Positions 48,603-57,489 of a stretch of 64,000 nt of DNA are shown here, piece by piece. The notes beneath the pieces were generated by a model that was not told the DNA's origin, made no database searches, and saw nothing but the letters and a program-made list of their open reading frames with translations. The DNA lies in NCBI GenBank assembly GCA_045601365.1, contig JAZRZN010000038.1, forward strand, positions 2,407 through 66,406. Direction: 5' to 3'. The translations under genes and the position numbers were made by a program. Positions within the stretch are counted from its first letter, which is position 1, and each line of letters opens with the position of its first letter. The DNA comes from Clostridia bacterium (GTDB lineage: Bacteria; Bacillota; Clostridia; Christensenellales; QALW01).

Positions 48603-48676
48603 TTATATACTATCATCATAAATTTCCCGGGGAAAAGGAGCAGTGCCGTTTGTTAGGCGGCACGGAATAAATTCTT

Positions 48677-49684
48677 ATGAATCACGTTACAATTCCGAAA
48701 AAATATACCGAAAAGCTTGATATATACAGCACTCAGCTCGCTATCGGCATGCTTAGGCAGCATTTTCAGCAAAGGCTTGCGCAAAAACTCAACCTTAAAA
48801 GAGTTACAGCTCCGCTGTTCGTTCAGCCGGAAACGGGGCTCAATGACGACTTGAACGGCATTGAGCGTGCAGTTGCTTTCGATGTCAAGGCTACGGGCGA
48901 AACGGTGCAGGTAGTGCATTCGCTTGCCAAGTGGAAGCGCATGGCTTTGCACGAGTACAAATTTTCCGCAGGCTGCGGTTTGTATACAGATATGAATGCC
49001 ATCCGGCGTGACGAAGATCTTGATAACTTCCATTCAATATACGTCGATCAGTGGGATTGGGAAAAGGTGATCACGAGTGAGGACAGAAATACAGAGTATC
49101 TGATGCAGACGGTGCAGGATATAGTCGATGCGATAGTCGATACCGCCGAAATGATAAAAAGAGAATTCCCGACAATAGATATCGACCTTAAACGTGAAGT
49201 AAAATTCATCACCACTCAGGAGCTTGAGGACATGTTCCCCGCGCTCAGCGCAAAGGAACGTGAAAATGAAATAACAAAACGCTTCGGCACGGTGTTCCTT
49301 ATGCAGATAGGCGATAAGCTCGCGTCCGGTAAGCCTCACGACGGCAGAGCGCCCGATTACGACGATTGGAAATTAAACGGCGACATACTTTTCTGGGACG
49401 ATGTGATGCAATGCTCTATCGAAATTTCGTCAATGGGCATAAGAGTCGATTCAAAGTCGCTTGACGAACAGCTCACCAAAAGCGGCTGTAACAACCGCCG
49501 TTCGCTGACATTCCACAGAATGCTGCTTTCCGATGAGCTTCCGCTGACGATAGGCGGCGGTATCGGTCAGTCGCGGCTTTGCATGCTGATATTGCAAAAA
49601 GCTCATATCGGGCAGGTGCAGGTATCGGTATGGGATGAAAAAACAAAACAGATATGCCACGGCAACGGCATCATACTTCTGTAA
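48677..49684 (+). CDS. asnA: Aspartate-ammonia ligase (asparagine synthetase A)
   Basis: 'VVHSLAKWKR', 'SIYVDQWDWEKV' and 'GGGIGQSRLCMLIL' match AsnA throughout. Confidence 0.95.
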   Translation: MNHVTIPKKYTEKLDIYSTQLAIGMLRQHFQQRLAQKLNLKRVTAPLFVQPETGLNDDLNGIERAVAFDVKATGETVQVVHSLAKWKRMALHEYKFSAGCGLYTDMNAIRRDEDLDNFHSIYVDQWDWEKVITSEDRNTEYLMQTVQDIVDAIVDTAEMIKREFPTIDIDLKREVKFITTQELEDMFPALSAKERENEITKRFGTVFLMQIGDKLASGKPHDGRAPDYDDWKLNGDILFWDDVMQCSIEISSMGIRVDSKSLDEQLTKSGCNNRRSLTFHRMLLSDELPLTIGGGIGQSRLCMLILQKAHIGQVQVSVWDEKTKQICHGNGIILL

Positions 49685-49695
49685 GGAGAGACAAA

Positions 49696-49950
49696 ATGAA
49701 ATACGATTATAAAACAAACGGTACATGTTCATCGGCGATATCGTTCGATATCGACGGCAATGTCATCCGCAATGTAAAATTCACCGGCGGCTGTAACGGT
49801 AACCTCAAGGCACTTTCGACACTTGTTGACGGCATGACCGTTGAAGCCATTGAAGCCAAGCTAAAGGGTATCACCTGCGGCTGGAAAAGCACGAGCTGTT
49901 CCGATCAGCTTGCACGGGCTGTTCGCAAAGCATATGACGAAAATAATTAG
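49696..49950 (+). CDS. TSCPD-domain small protein (TIGR03905-like)
   Basis: ATG 49696 follows AAGGAGAG. 'FTGGCNGNLKA..GITCG.KSTSCSDQLA'. Confidence 0.8.
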   Translation: MKYDYKTNGTCSSAISFDIDGNVIRNVKFTGGCNGNLKALSTLVDGMTVEAIEAKLKGITCGWKSTSCSDQLARAVRKAYDENN

Positions 49951-49962
49951 GAGGGTTTTATT

Positions 49963-50280
49963 ATGGAAAGATACGCATGGAAAGCAATAGTCAAAGACGG
50001 CTGTATTGAGGAATATAAACGCCGTCACGCTGAAATCTGGCCGGAGCTTGTGGCACTTTTGAAAGAGGCGGGTATATGCAATTACAGTATATGGAACGTC
50101 GGCAACGAGCTGTTCGGTTATTACGAGTGTGAAAAGGGTGTTGCGTTTGCCGCAAAAACACAGGCAGACAGCCCGCTCGTAGACAAATGGAACGAATATA
50201 TGAAGGATGTCATGATAATGGAAATGGATCCCGAGACCGGCGCACAGCCGATGCTTACGGAGGTATTCAGACTGGACTGA
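49963..50280 (+). CDS. rhaM: L-rhamnose mutarotase
   Basis: 'EEYKRRHAEIWPELVALLKEAGICNYSIW' aligns with YiiL/RhaM. 105 aa. Confidence 0.88.
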   Translation: MERYAWKAIVKDGCIEEYKRRHAEIWPELVALLKEAGICNYSIWNVGNELFGYYECEKGVAFAAKTQADSPLVDKWNEYMKDVMIMEMDPETGAQPMLTEVFRLD

Positions 50281-50332
50281 TACGGCGGAGGTATCACCGT
50301 CATCGGCGATACATACAATTAGATGCGTTATA

Positions 50333-50366
50333 AAAAGCAGACCGATAAAGATCAGTCTGCTTTTTC
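50333..50366 (+). terminator. Rho-independent terminator
   Basis: AAAAAGCAGAC, loop, GTCTGCTTTTT. Confidence 0.75.
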
Positions 50367-50529
50367 AGTATGATAATGTACCGCTTTGCCGGAAAAATGC
50401 TGTGACAAACGGATTTTATCCGGCGATGAAGAACCGGACAGTATGAGGCAGGTCGTTTCGATCAAAAAAGCACTGTATCCGACCGTAATCACTGTAATCA
50501 CTTTTTCACCAAACTGTCAAACTTATCGG

Positions 50530-50558
50530 TTGATTTTTTCACTATAATATTGTATAAT
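50530..50558 (+). promoter_or_regulatory. Sigma-A type promoter of metK
   Basis: TTGATT, 17 nt spacer, TATAAT. Leaves only a leader of about 45 nt. Confidence 0.55.
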
Positions 50559-50609
50559 AGAACGATAGAATTTATTCTGCATGATTGCGGCATATATACG
50601 GAGGACAAT

Positions 50610-51791
50610 ATGAAAAAACATTTCTTTACATCCGAATCGGTCACGGAGGGGCATCCCGACAAAATATGCGATCAGATATCGGATGCAGTGCTTGACAGGA
50701 TAATCGAGCAAGACCCTGATGCTCGCGTTGCCTGCGAGGTAAGCTGTACGACGGGGCTCATACTTGTTATGGGCGAAATAACCACAAATGCACTGATAGA
50801 CGTTCAGCAGATAGCACGTGAGGTGGTCGTTGGGATCGGCTATGACCGCGCAAAGTACGGCTTTGACGGAAACACGTGCAGTGTCATAACGGCACTTGAT
50901 AAACAGTCGCCCGATATATCAATGGGCGTTTCAAGCGCGCTGGAGCAGAAAAACGGCGAAAGCGACGAGAAGTATTCCACCGGCGCGGGCGATCAGGGCA
51001 TAATATTCGGCTATGCCTGCAACGAAACAAAGGAGCTTATGCCGTTGCCGATATCGCTTGCACATAAGCTTTCAAAGCGGCTTGCCGAGGTAAGAAAATC
51101 GCAAACGCTTGATTATCTCCGTCCCGACGGAAAAACGCAGGTGACGGTAGAATATCATGACGGTGTTCCCGTAAGAGTGGATACCGTCGTGGTTTCGAGC
51201 CAGCATTCGCCCGAGGTCGATATGGACACAATACGAAAGGACATAATCGAGTATGTCATCAAGCCCATAGTACCGGCGAACATGATAGACGAAAACACCA
51301 AGTTCTTCATCAATCCTACCGGGCGCTTCGTTATCGGCGGTCCGCAGGGCGACAGCGGTCTTACGGGAAGAAAGATAATCGTCGATACCTACGGCGGTTA
51401 TTCGCGCCACGGCGGCGGAGCGTTTTCGGGTAAGGATCCGACAAAGGTCGACCGCAGTGCCGCATACTTTGCGCGATACATAGCCAAAAACGTCGTTGCG
51501 GCGGGCTTGGCGGACAAGTGCGAGGTACAACTTGCCTACGCGATAGGCGTTGCGCGTCCCGTTTCGGTGCTTGTCGAGACCTTCGGCACGGCAAAGATAA
51601 GCGAGGAGCGTATCGCCGAGGCGGTGAACGCACTGTTCGATATGCGTCCCGCGGCGATAATAGACAAGCTTCAGCTAAGAAAGCCGATATATCAGGCACT
51701 TGCCTCATACGGCCATATGGGGCGCGAGGAGCTTGATGTCAATTGGGAAAAGACCGATATGGTCGAAAAGCTTAAAGAATATTTATCATAA
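50610..51791 (+). CDS. metK: S-adenosylmethionine synthase
   Basis: ATG 50610 follows ACGGAGG. '[20 protein letters not shown]', 'GAGDQGI' and 'GGGAFSGKD'. Confidence 0.97.
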   Translation: MKKHFFTSESVTEGHPDKICDQISDAVLDRIIEQDPDARVACEVSCTTGLILVMGEITTNALIDVQQIAREVVVGIGYDRAKYGFDGNTCSVITALDKQSPDISMGVSSALEQKNGESDEKYSTGAGDQGIIFGYACNETKELMPLPISLAHKLSKRLAEVRKSQTLDYLRPDGKTQVTVEYHDGVPVRVDTVVVSSQHSPEVDMDTIRKDIIEYVIKPIVPANMIDENTKFFINPTGRFVIGGPQGDSGLTGRKIIVDTYGGYSRHGGGAFSGKDPTKVDRSAAYFARYIAKNVVAAGLADKCEVQLAYAIGVARPVSVLVETFGTAKISEERIAEAVNALFDMRPAAIIDKLQLRKPIYQALASYGHMGREELDVNWEKTDMVEKLKEYLS

Positions 51792-51803
51792 AGGAAGATA
51801 AAC

Positions 51804-54548
51804 ATGGGTTTTTTGGGATTCGGAGACAATACGGCGCATCAGCTTAAAAAGCTTGAGAAGATCGCCGTTAAGATAGAGGCTCTTGACGGGGTCATGCAGG
51901 GCATGTCGGATGAGGCACTGCGTGATAAGACGGATGAGTTTCGCGCACGCTACCAAAAAGGCGAGACGCTTGACGAGCTTCTTCCCGAGGCATTTGCCAC
52001 GGTGCGCGAGGCGGCATGGCGTGTGCTCGGACAGAAGCCGTTCCACGTTCAGTTGCTCGGCGGCATCGTTCTGCATCAGGGCAGGATAGCCGAAATGAAA
52101 ACGGGCGAGGGCAAGACACTGACGGCAACGCTTCCGGCGTACCTCAACGCGATATCGGGCAAGGGCGTTCACATCGTCACCGTCAACGAATATCTTGCGG
52201 GTTATCAGTCCGAGATGATGAGCAAGCTGTTCAACTTCTTGGGTATGTCGGTCGGGAATATCTTCACCGGCATGTCAAGGGCGGACAGGCAGGCGGCATA
52301 TAAAGCCGATATCACATACGGCACGAACAGCGAGTTCGGCTTTGATTATCTGCGCGACAACATGGCGGTGCGCGGCGAGGACCGTTCTCAGCGCGAGCTT
52401 AGTTTTGCGATAGTCGATGAGGTGGACAGCATCCTCATAGATGAGGCACGTACGCCCCTTATCATCTCCGGCATGGGCGAGGAATCGTCGGAAATGTACG
52501 TCAAAGCCAATCAGATAGTAAAGGGTTTTTCCGGCATTGCCGAAAAGGAAAAATCGGGCAAGCTTGATCTTCCTGACGAAGAGTACGAACAGGAGCGTCT
52601 CAAGCACGATTTCACGATAGACGAAAAGGCAAAGACCGTTTCGCTTACCGAGCCGGGCGTTACAAAGGTCGAGCGCGCGCTCGGCATCGAGGATCTTTCC
52701 GATCCCGCCAACACCGAGCTTGCACATTATATACATCAGGCACTCAAGGCGAATTTCCTCTTCAAGCGTGACCGCGATTACGTCGTCACCGATGACGGTC
52801 AGGTGAAGATAGTCGATGAATTCACGGGACGCATACTTGAGGGACGCCGCTACAGCGAGGGACTTCACCAGGCGATAGAGGCAAAGGAAAACGTCAAGGT
52901 AGCACAGGAGAACCAGACACTTGCCACGATAACGTATCAGAATTTCTTCAGAATGTACAAAAAGCTTTCGGGAATGACGGGTACGGCAAAAACCGAGGAA
53001 GAGGAATTTCAGGGCATCTACGCGCTTGACGTCGTTTGCGTTCCGACGAACAAGCCCATGATACGAAAGGACCTTAACGACAGGGTTTACAAGGATATCA
53101 AGGATAAATTCAATGCGGTGGTCGAGGAGGTCATAAGGCGCAACGCGACCGGTCAGCCCGTGCTTGTCGGTACGGTTTCGGTAGAGATAAGTGAGATAAT
53201 AAGTGATATGCTCAAAAAGCGCGGCGTCAAGCATGAGGTACTCAACGCCAAGCATCACGCAAAGGAAGCTGAGATAGTAGCACAGGCGGGACGGCTCGGT
53301 GCGGTCACGATAGCCACCAATATGGCAGGACGAGGCACCGATATCCTGCTCGGCGGCAACCCCGATTTCATGGCGCGCCGCGAGCTTAAGGGACAGGGCT
53401 TTGAGGATGATAAGATAGATCTTGCCACGGGACATCAAAGCACCGACGACGAAGAGATACTTGATATAAGAGAAAAGTACAATCAGCTTTTTGCAAAGTA
53501 TAAAAAGCTTACGGATGAGGAACATATAAAGGTAGTCGAAGCAGGCGGACTGTGCATTCTGGGTACGGAGCGTCACGAATCAAGACGAATCGACAACCAG
53601 CTCCGCGGACGCTCGGGACGTCAGGGCGACCCGGGTGAAAGCTGTTTCTTCGTTTCGTTTGAGGACGACCTCATGCGTCTGTTCGGCGGTGACCGCTTGC
53701 AGGCACTTGCGGGCAAGGCTCTCGGCGGCGAGGCGATGATAGAAGCAGGTATTCTTTCCAAAACGATAGAAAACGCACAAAAGCGTGTTGAGAGCCGCAA
53801 CTTCGGCATCCGCAAAAACGTGCTTCAGTACGATGACGTAATGAACAAACAGCGTGAGATAATTTATTCTCAGCGTCGCAGAGTGCTTGAGGGCGAGGAC
53901 GTTTCCGATTCGATACGCGAAATGCGCGACAGAGTCATAGAACGCTCGGTGAACGCACATACCGCAGATCAGAACAAAGCCGCATGGAATATCCAGGGAT
54001 TTGTTGAAGAGCTTAAACAGATATGCTTACCAAAGGAAACTGCGGCGGCTGATTTCAACGGCTTGAACCGTGAACAGATGGTATCAAAGGCAACGGAGCT
54101 TGCTGATACACGCTATGATGCACGCGTCTCCGAGCTGGACAAGGTGGGCGCGGATATAAAGGAGCTGGAACGATTTGCACTTCTTCGTTCGGTGGATAAG
54201 CACTGGATGGATCATATCGACGCGATGGATCAGCTCCGCCAGGGCATATCATTGCGTTCGATGGCACAGCACGACCCGTTGCAGGAATATAAGCTTGAGG
54301 GCTTTGACATGTTTGAGGAAATGACGCGCTGTATTCAGGAAGAAGCAGTACGCCTTGCGTATAACATAGGTATCGAGGTTCGCATCGAACAGCATAAAGC
54401 ACCTAAAATAACGAGTGAAAGCACTGACGGCAGTGCGCCGCAAAAGCCCAAGAAGGCAGGACAGGTAGTTTCGCAAAAGATAGGCAGGAACGATCCGTGT
54501 CCGTGCGGAAGCGGTAAAAAATACAAGAATTGCTGCGGCGCAAATTAA
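51804..54548 (+). CDS. secA: Preprotein translocase ATPase SecA
   Basis: 'MKTGEGKTL', 'DEVDSILIDEARTPLIISG', 'TNMAGRGTDI' and the C-terminal zinc motif 'CPCGSGKKYKNCCG'. Confidence 0.98.
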   Translation: MGFLGFGDNTAHQLKKLEKIAVKIEALDGVMQGMSDEALRDKTDEFRARYQKGETLDELLPEAFATVREAAWRVLGQKPFHVQLLGGIVLHQGRIAEMKTGEGKTLTATLPAYLNAISGKGVHIVTVNEYLAGYQSEMMSKLFNFLGMSVGNIFTGMSRADRQAAYKADITYGTNSEFGFDYLRDNMAVRGEDRSQRELSFAIVDEVDSILIDEARTPLIISGMGEESSEMYVKANQIVKGFSGIAEKEKSGKLDLPDEEYEQERLKHDFTIDEKAKTVSLTEPGVTKVERALGIEDLSDPANTELAHYIHQALKANFLFKRDRDYVVTDDGQVKIVDEFTGRILEGRRYSEGLHQAIEAKENVKVAQENQTLATITYQNFFRMYKKLSGMTGTAKTEEEEFQGIYALDVVCVPTNKPMIRKDLNDRVYKDIKDKFNAVVEEVIRRNATGQPVLVGTVSVEISEIISDMLKKRGVKHEVLNAKHHAKEAEIVAQAGRLGAVTIATNMAGRGTDILLGGNPDFMARRELKGQGFEDDKIDLATGHQSTDDEEILDIREKYNQLFAKYKKLTDEEHIKVVEAGGLCILGTERHESRRIDNQLRGRSGRQGDPGESCFFVSFEDDLMRLFGGDRLQALAGKALGGEAMIEAGILSKTIENAQKRVESRNFGIRKNVLQYDDVMNKQREIIYSQRRRVLEGEDVSDSIREMRDRVIERSVNAHTADQNKAAWNIQGFVEELKQICLPKETAAADFNGLNREQMVSKATELADTRYDARVSELDKVGADIKELERFALLRSVDKHWMDHIDAMDQLRQGISLRSMAQHDPLQEYKLEGFDMFEEMTRCIQEEAVRLAYNIGIEVRIEQHKAPKITSESTDGSAPQKPKKAGQVVSQKIGRNDPCPCGSGKKYKNCCGAN

Positions 54549-54587
54549 GCCGCAACCGTATATATTTTATTTAAGGAAGTGATAAAT

Positions 54588-55695
54588 TTGATAGAGTTCG
54601 ATTCATACAAGCAACGCGCGGCACAGGCTGCCGAAAATATCAAATTGGCAGGTGAATCTCTTTGACCCGGATGGGATGAAAGAGAGAGTTGCAGAGCTTA
54701 ACGACGAAATGGGCGAGCCCGGATTCTGGGACGATCAGGAGCGGGCGCAGAAGAAAAACAGAGAGCTTGCACAGCTTGAGGCAAAGGTAAAGCGCTTCGA
54801 GGGCTTGAAAAGCTCGCTTGAGGATATCAATGCGATGATAGAGCTTGGTATCGAAATGGACGACGAGGATACCGCCGTCGAGACAGGTGAGGCACTTGAC
54901 AGGCTTGAAAACGATATAGAAAAGCTTCAGCTTGAAACGATGCTCACCGGCGAATACGATGCCAACAACGCCATACTTACGCTCCATGCAGGCGCGGGCG
55001 GCACTGAAGCGCAGGATTGGACGGATATGCTTTTCCGCATGTACCGCAGATACTGCGAAAAGAGCGGCTATACCGTCGAGGTGCTTGATTATCTTGCAGG
55101 CGATGAGGCGGGAATAAAGAGCGTTACGTTCCGTGCTGTCGGCGAAAACGCTTACGGCTTCCTGCGCGCCGAAAAGGGCGTACACCGCCTTGTGCGCATT
55201 TCACCGTTCGATGCGAACGCACGCCGCCACACATCGTTTTCGGCGCTTGAGGTGATGCCCGAGATCGAGGACGAGGGCGCGATAGTCATACCGCCCGAGG
55301 ATATCGAGGTCGAGACAAGGCGTTCCACCGGTGCGGGCGGTCAGCACATCAACAAGACCGAATCCGCGATAAGGATAATCCACAAGCCCACGGGCATAGT
55401 CGTACAGTGTCAGCAGGAGCGTTCGCAGATACAGAACCGCGAGACCGCGATGAATATGCTGCGTTCACGCCTTATCGAACTGCGCGAGCGCGAGAGAGAA
55501 GAAAAAGAGCTTGAGCTGCGCGGCGATATAAAGAAGATAGAGTGGGGCAGTCAGATACGCTCGTATGTGTTCCACCCCTATAACATGGTAAAGGATCACC
55601 GCACGGATGCCGAAACAAGCAACATCCAAGCCGTAATGAACGGCGAGCTGGACATGTTCATAAGAGCATTCCTGGGTAAAAAGGATAAAGAATGA
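54588..55695 (+). CDS. prfB: Peptide chain release factor 2, programmed +1 frameshift at CTT TGA C (54660..54666)
   Basis: TTG 54588 lies 8 nt after AAGGAAG and opens a 25-codon frame ending ...GGT GAA TCT CTT TGA. The +1 frame continues 'DPDGMKERV...'. 'SPF' and 'GGQ' motifs are present. AGGTGA lies upstream of the slip site. Confidence 0.93.
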
Positions 55696-56393
55696 AAAAA
55701 ACCATAACACTGCTGTGCGGAATATTTTTGGGCGTATCGCTGACGTTCATCATCGCGGTGACGGCGGTATTCAATGTGCTGTCAAGCCCGTCGTATTATC
55801 TCAAGCAGGATGACCGCTACGATATAACGGGCATGCTTGAGCTTAAGAACAAAGACGAATACGGCAAGCTCGCTTCCGCGATGCGTAAAGGCTTTTCGGG
55901 CAAAAAGGACTTTAACACGATCATCATCAAAAGTGACGGCACGGAAATCGAGGCGTTCACCGAACACGATGCGATGCTCCTTGAAAATGCGGGGAGAACC
56001 AAAATAGACTTCATCGTCGCGGGCGCGATACTGCTTATCGCGGCAGTGGCGTATGTTGTCGTCTGCATAAAAAAGTTCGGCAGGAAATGCTTTTTGACGA
56101 TAGGCATTTCGTCGGCGACAACATGCCTTGTGCTTGCGGCGGCGGTGAATATAATCGAAATAAACGCCGATGTCGCGTGGGGCTGGCAGACCTTCTTTTT
56201 CTCATGGCTCTCTCCCGCGGAGACGATGCTTGAAAGAATGATACTTGATACCGGCTTCATGAAGGATTTCGCGGACGGTACTCTCCGCTTTTACGATTTT
56301 CTTATGATCATCCCCATTGCGGCAAGCTATTTCATAATGGGCTTTTCCGCACCGAAAAAATACGATCCGAACGAGGATTACATGTACCAATAA
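55692..56393 (+). CDS. Uncharacterised integral membrane protein
   Basis: ATGA overlap with the prfB stop. N-terminal TM, a loop of about 90 aa, then four TM segments. No family assigned by eye. Confidence 0.8.
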   Translation: MKKTITLLCGIFLGVSLTFIIAVTAVFNVLSSPSYYLKQDDRYDITGMLELKNKDEYGKLASAMRKGFSGKKDFNTIIIKSDGTEIEAFTEHDAMLLENAGRTKIDFIVAGAILLIAAVAYVVVCIKKFGRKCFLTIGISSATTCLVLAAAVNIIEINADVAWGWQTFFFSWLSPAETMLERMILDTGFMKDFADGTLRFYDFLMIIPIAASYFIMGFSAPKKYDPNEDYMYQ

Positions 56394-56403
56394 CGGAGCA
56401 GTA

Positions 56404-57474
56404 ATGTATTACGATATTGCAAAAGAAAAGGCTGAAAACTTAATACAAAGCGGACATGCGTGCGTACTCGGCATTGAATCCTCATGCGACGAAACGAGTG
56501 CCGCCGTTGTTAAGGACGGGCGGCAGGTGTTGAGCAACGTTATTTCCACGCAGATACCCGTGCATAAAAAGTACGGCGGTGTCGTGCCGGAGATAGCCTC
56601 ACGCAGTCATACTACCGCGCTTGTGCCGGTGGTAGAGGAAGCCATGGAAAAGGCAAATGTCACGTTCGACGATATCGACGCGATCGCCGTGACGCAGGGT
56701 CCGGGGCTTATCGGCGCACTCTTAACGGGCGTGAATTACGCCAAGGCGCTTGCGTTCGCACTTAAAAAACCGCTTGTGGGTGTGCATCACATACAGGGGC
56801 ATATCAGCAGTAATTATATAGAGTTTCCGCTCCTTGAGCCGCCGTTCGTCGCACTTGCGGTATCGGGCGGACACAGCCATATACTGCGTGTGGCGTCGTT
56901 TTGCGATTTTGCGCTCATGGGCGCGACGCGTGATGACGCGGCAGGCGAGGCGTTCGACAAGGTGGCGCGTGTGCTTGGCTTAGGCTATCCGGGCGGCGTA
57001 AAGATAGACGCGCTTGCCAAGGATGGAGACATCAACGCCTTTAAGTTTTCGACGCATCTTGAAAAAGAAGATAATTACGATTTCTCTTTCAGCGGGATGA
57101 AGACCGCTGTGGTGAATCTTGCGCATAACTATGAGCAAAAGGGACTTGAGCTTCCCAAAGCCGATATCGCCGCAAGCTTTCAGGCGGGCATCGTGAGGAT
57201 GCTTGTTTCAAAGGCGGTAAAGGCGGCACAGGATATAAATTACGGTAAGATAGTGCTTGCCGGCGGTGTGGCAGCCAACAGCCGTCTGCGCGAGGAGATA
57301 GCGCGAATGTGCCGTCAGGCACAGATAGAGCTTTATTATCCGTCACCGATACTTTGTACCGATAACGGAGCAATGATAGCGTCGGCGGGCTTCTATACGC
57401 TGATGCACGGCAAGATATCCGATATCGACCTGAACGCCTTTGCGACGGGCGGGCTCGATGAGTTTTACAGATAA
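56404..57474 (+). CDS. tsaD: tRNA N6-adenosine threonylcarbamoyltransferase
   Basis: 'LGIESSCDETSAAVV', 'VHHIQGH' and 'GGVAANSRLR'. Confidence 0.96.
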   Translation: MYYDIAKEKAENLIQSGHACVLGIESSCDETSAAVVKDGRQVLSNVISTQIPVHKKYGGVVPEIASRSHTTALVPVVEEAMEKANVTFDDIDAIAVTQGPGLIGALLTGVNYAKALAFALKKPLVGVHHIQGHISSNYIEFPLLEPPFVALAVSGGHSHILRVASFCDFALMGATRDDAAGEAFDKVARVLGLGYPGGVKIDALAKDGDINAFKFSTHLEKEDNYDFSFSGMKTAVVNLAHNYEQKGLELPKADIAASFQAGIVRMLVSKAVKAAQDINYGKIVLAGGVAANSRLREEIARMCRQAQIELYYPSPILCTDNGAMIASAGFYTLMHGKISDIDLNAFATGGLDEFYR

Positions 57475-57489
57475 AAGGAGATAACGAAA

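Noticed and set aside
48603-48676. A hairpin GTGCCG..CGGCAC in the asnA leader, as a possible T-box or attenuator.
   Set aside because: The leader is only about 70 nt, there is no specifier loop or T-box sequence, and no U-tract follows the hairpin.
50367-50609. Expected a SAM-I (S-box) riboswitch upstream of metK. Also noted a 9-bp tandem GTAATCACT x2 at 50485..50502.
   Set aside because: The TTGATT-17-TATAAT promoter leaves a leader of only about 45 nt. I see no S-box-like conserved helices or a kink-turn. The 9-bp duplication is too short to interpret.
52275-53576. A 433-aa ORF on the minus strand, entirely antisense to secA.
   Set aside because: It has no RBS or promoter context. Its composition is rich in R, L, F, C, H and Y, typical of the shadow frame of a codon-biased gene. 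SecA on the opposite strand is unambiguous.
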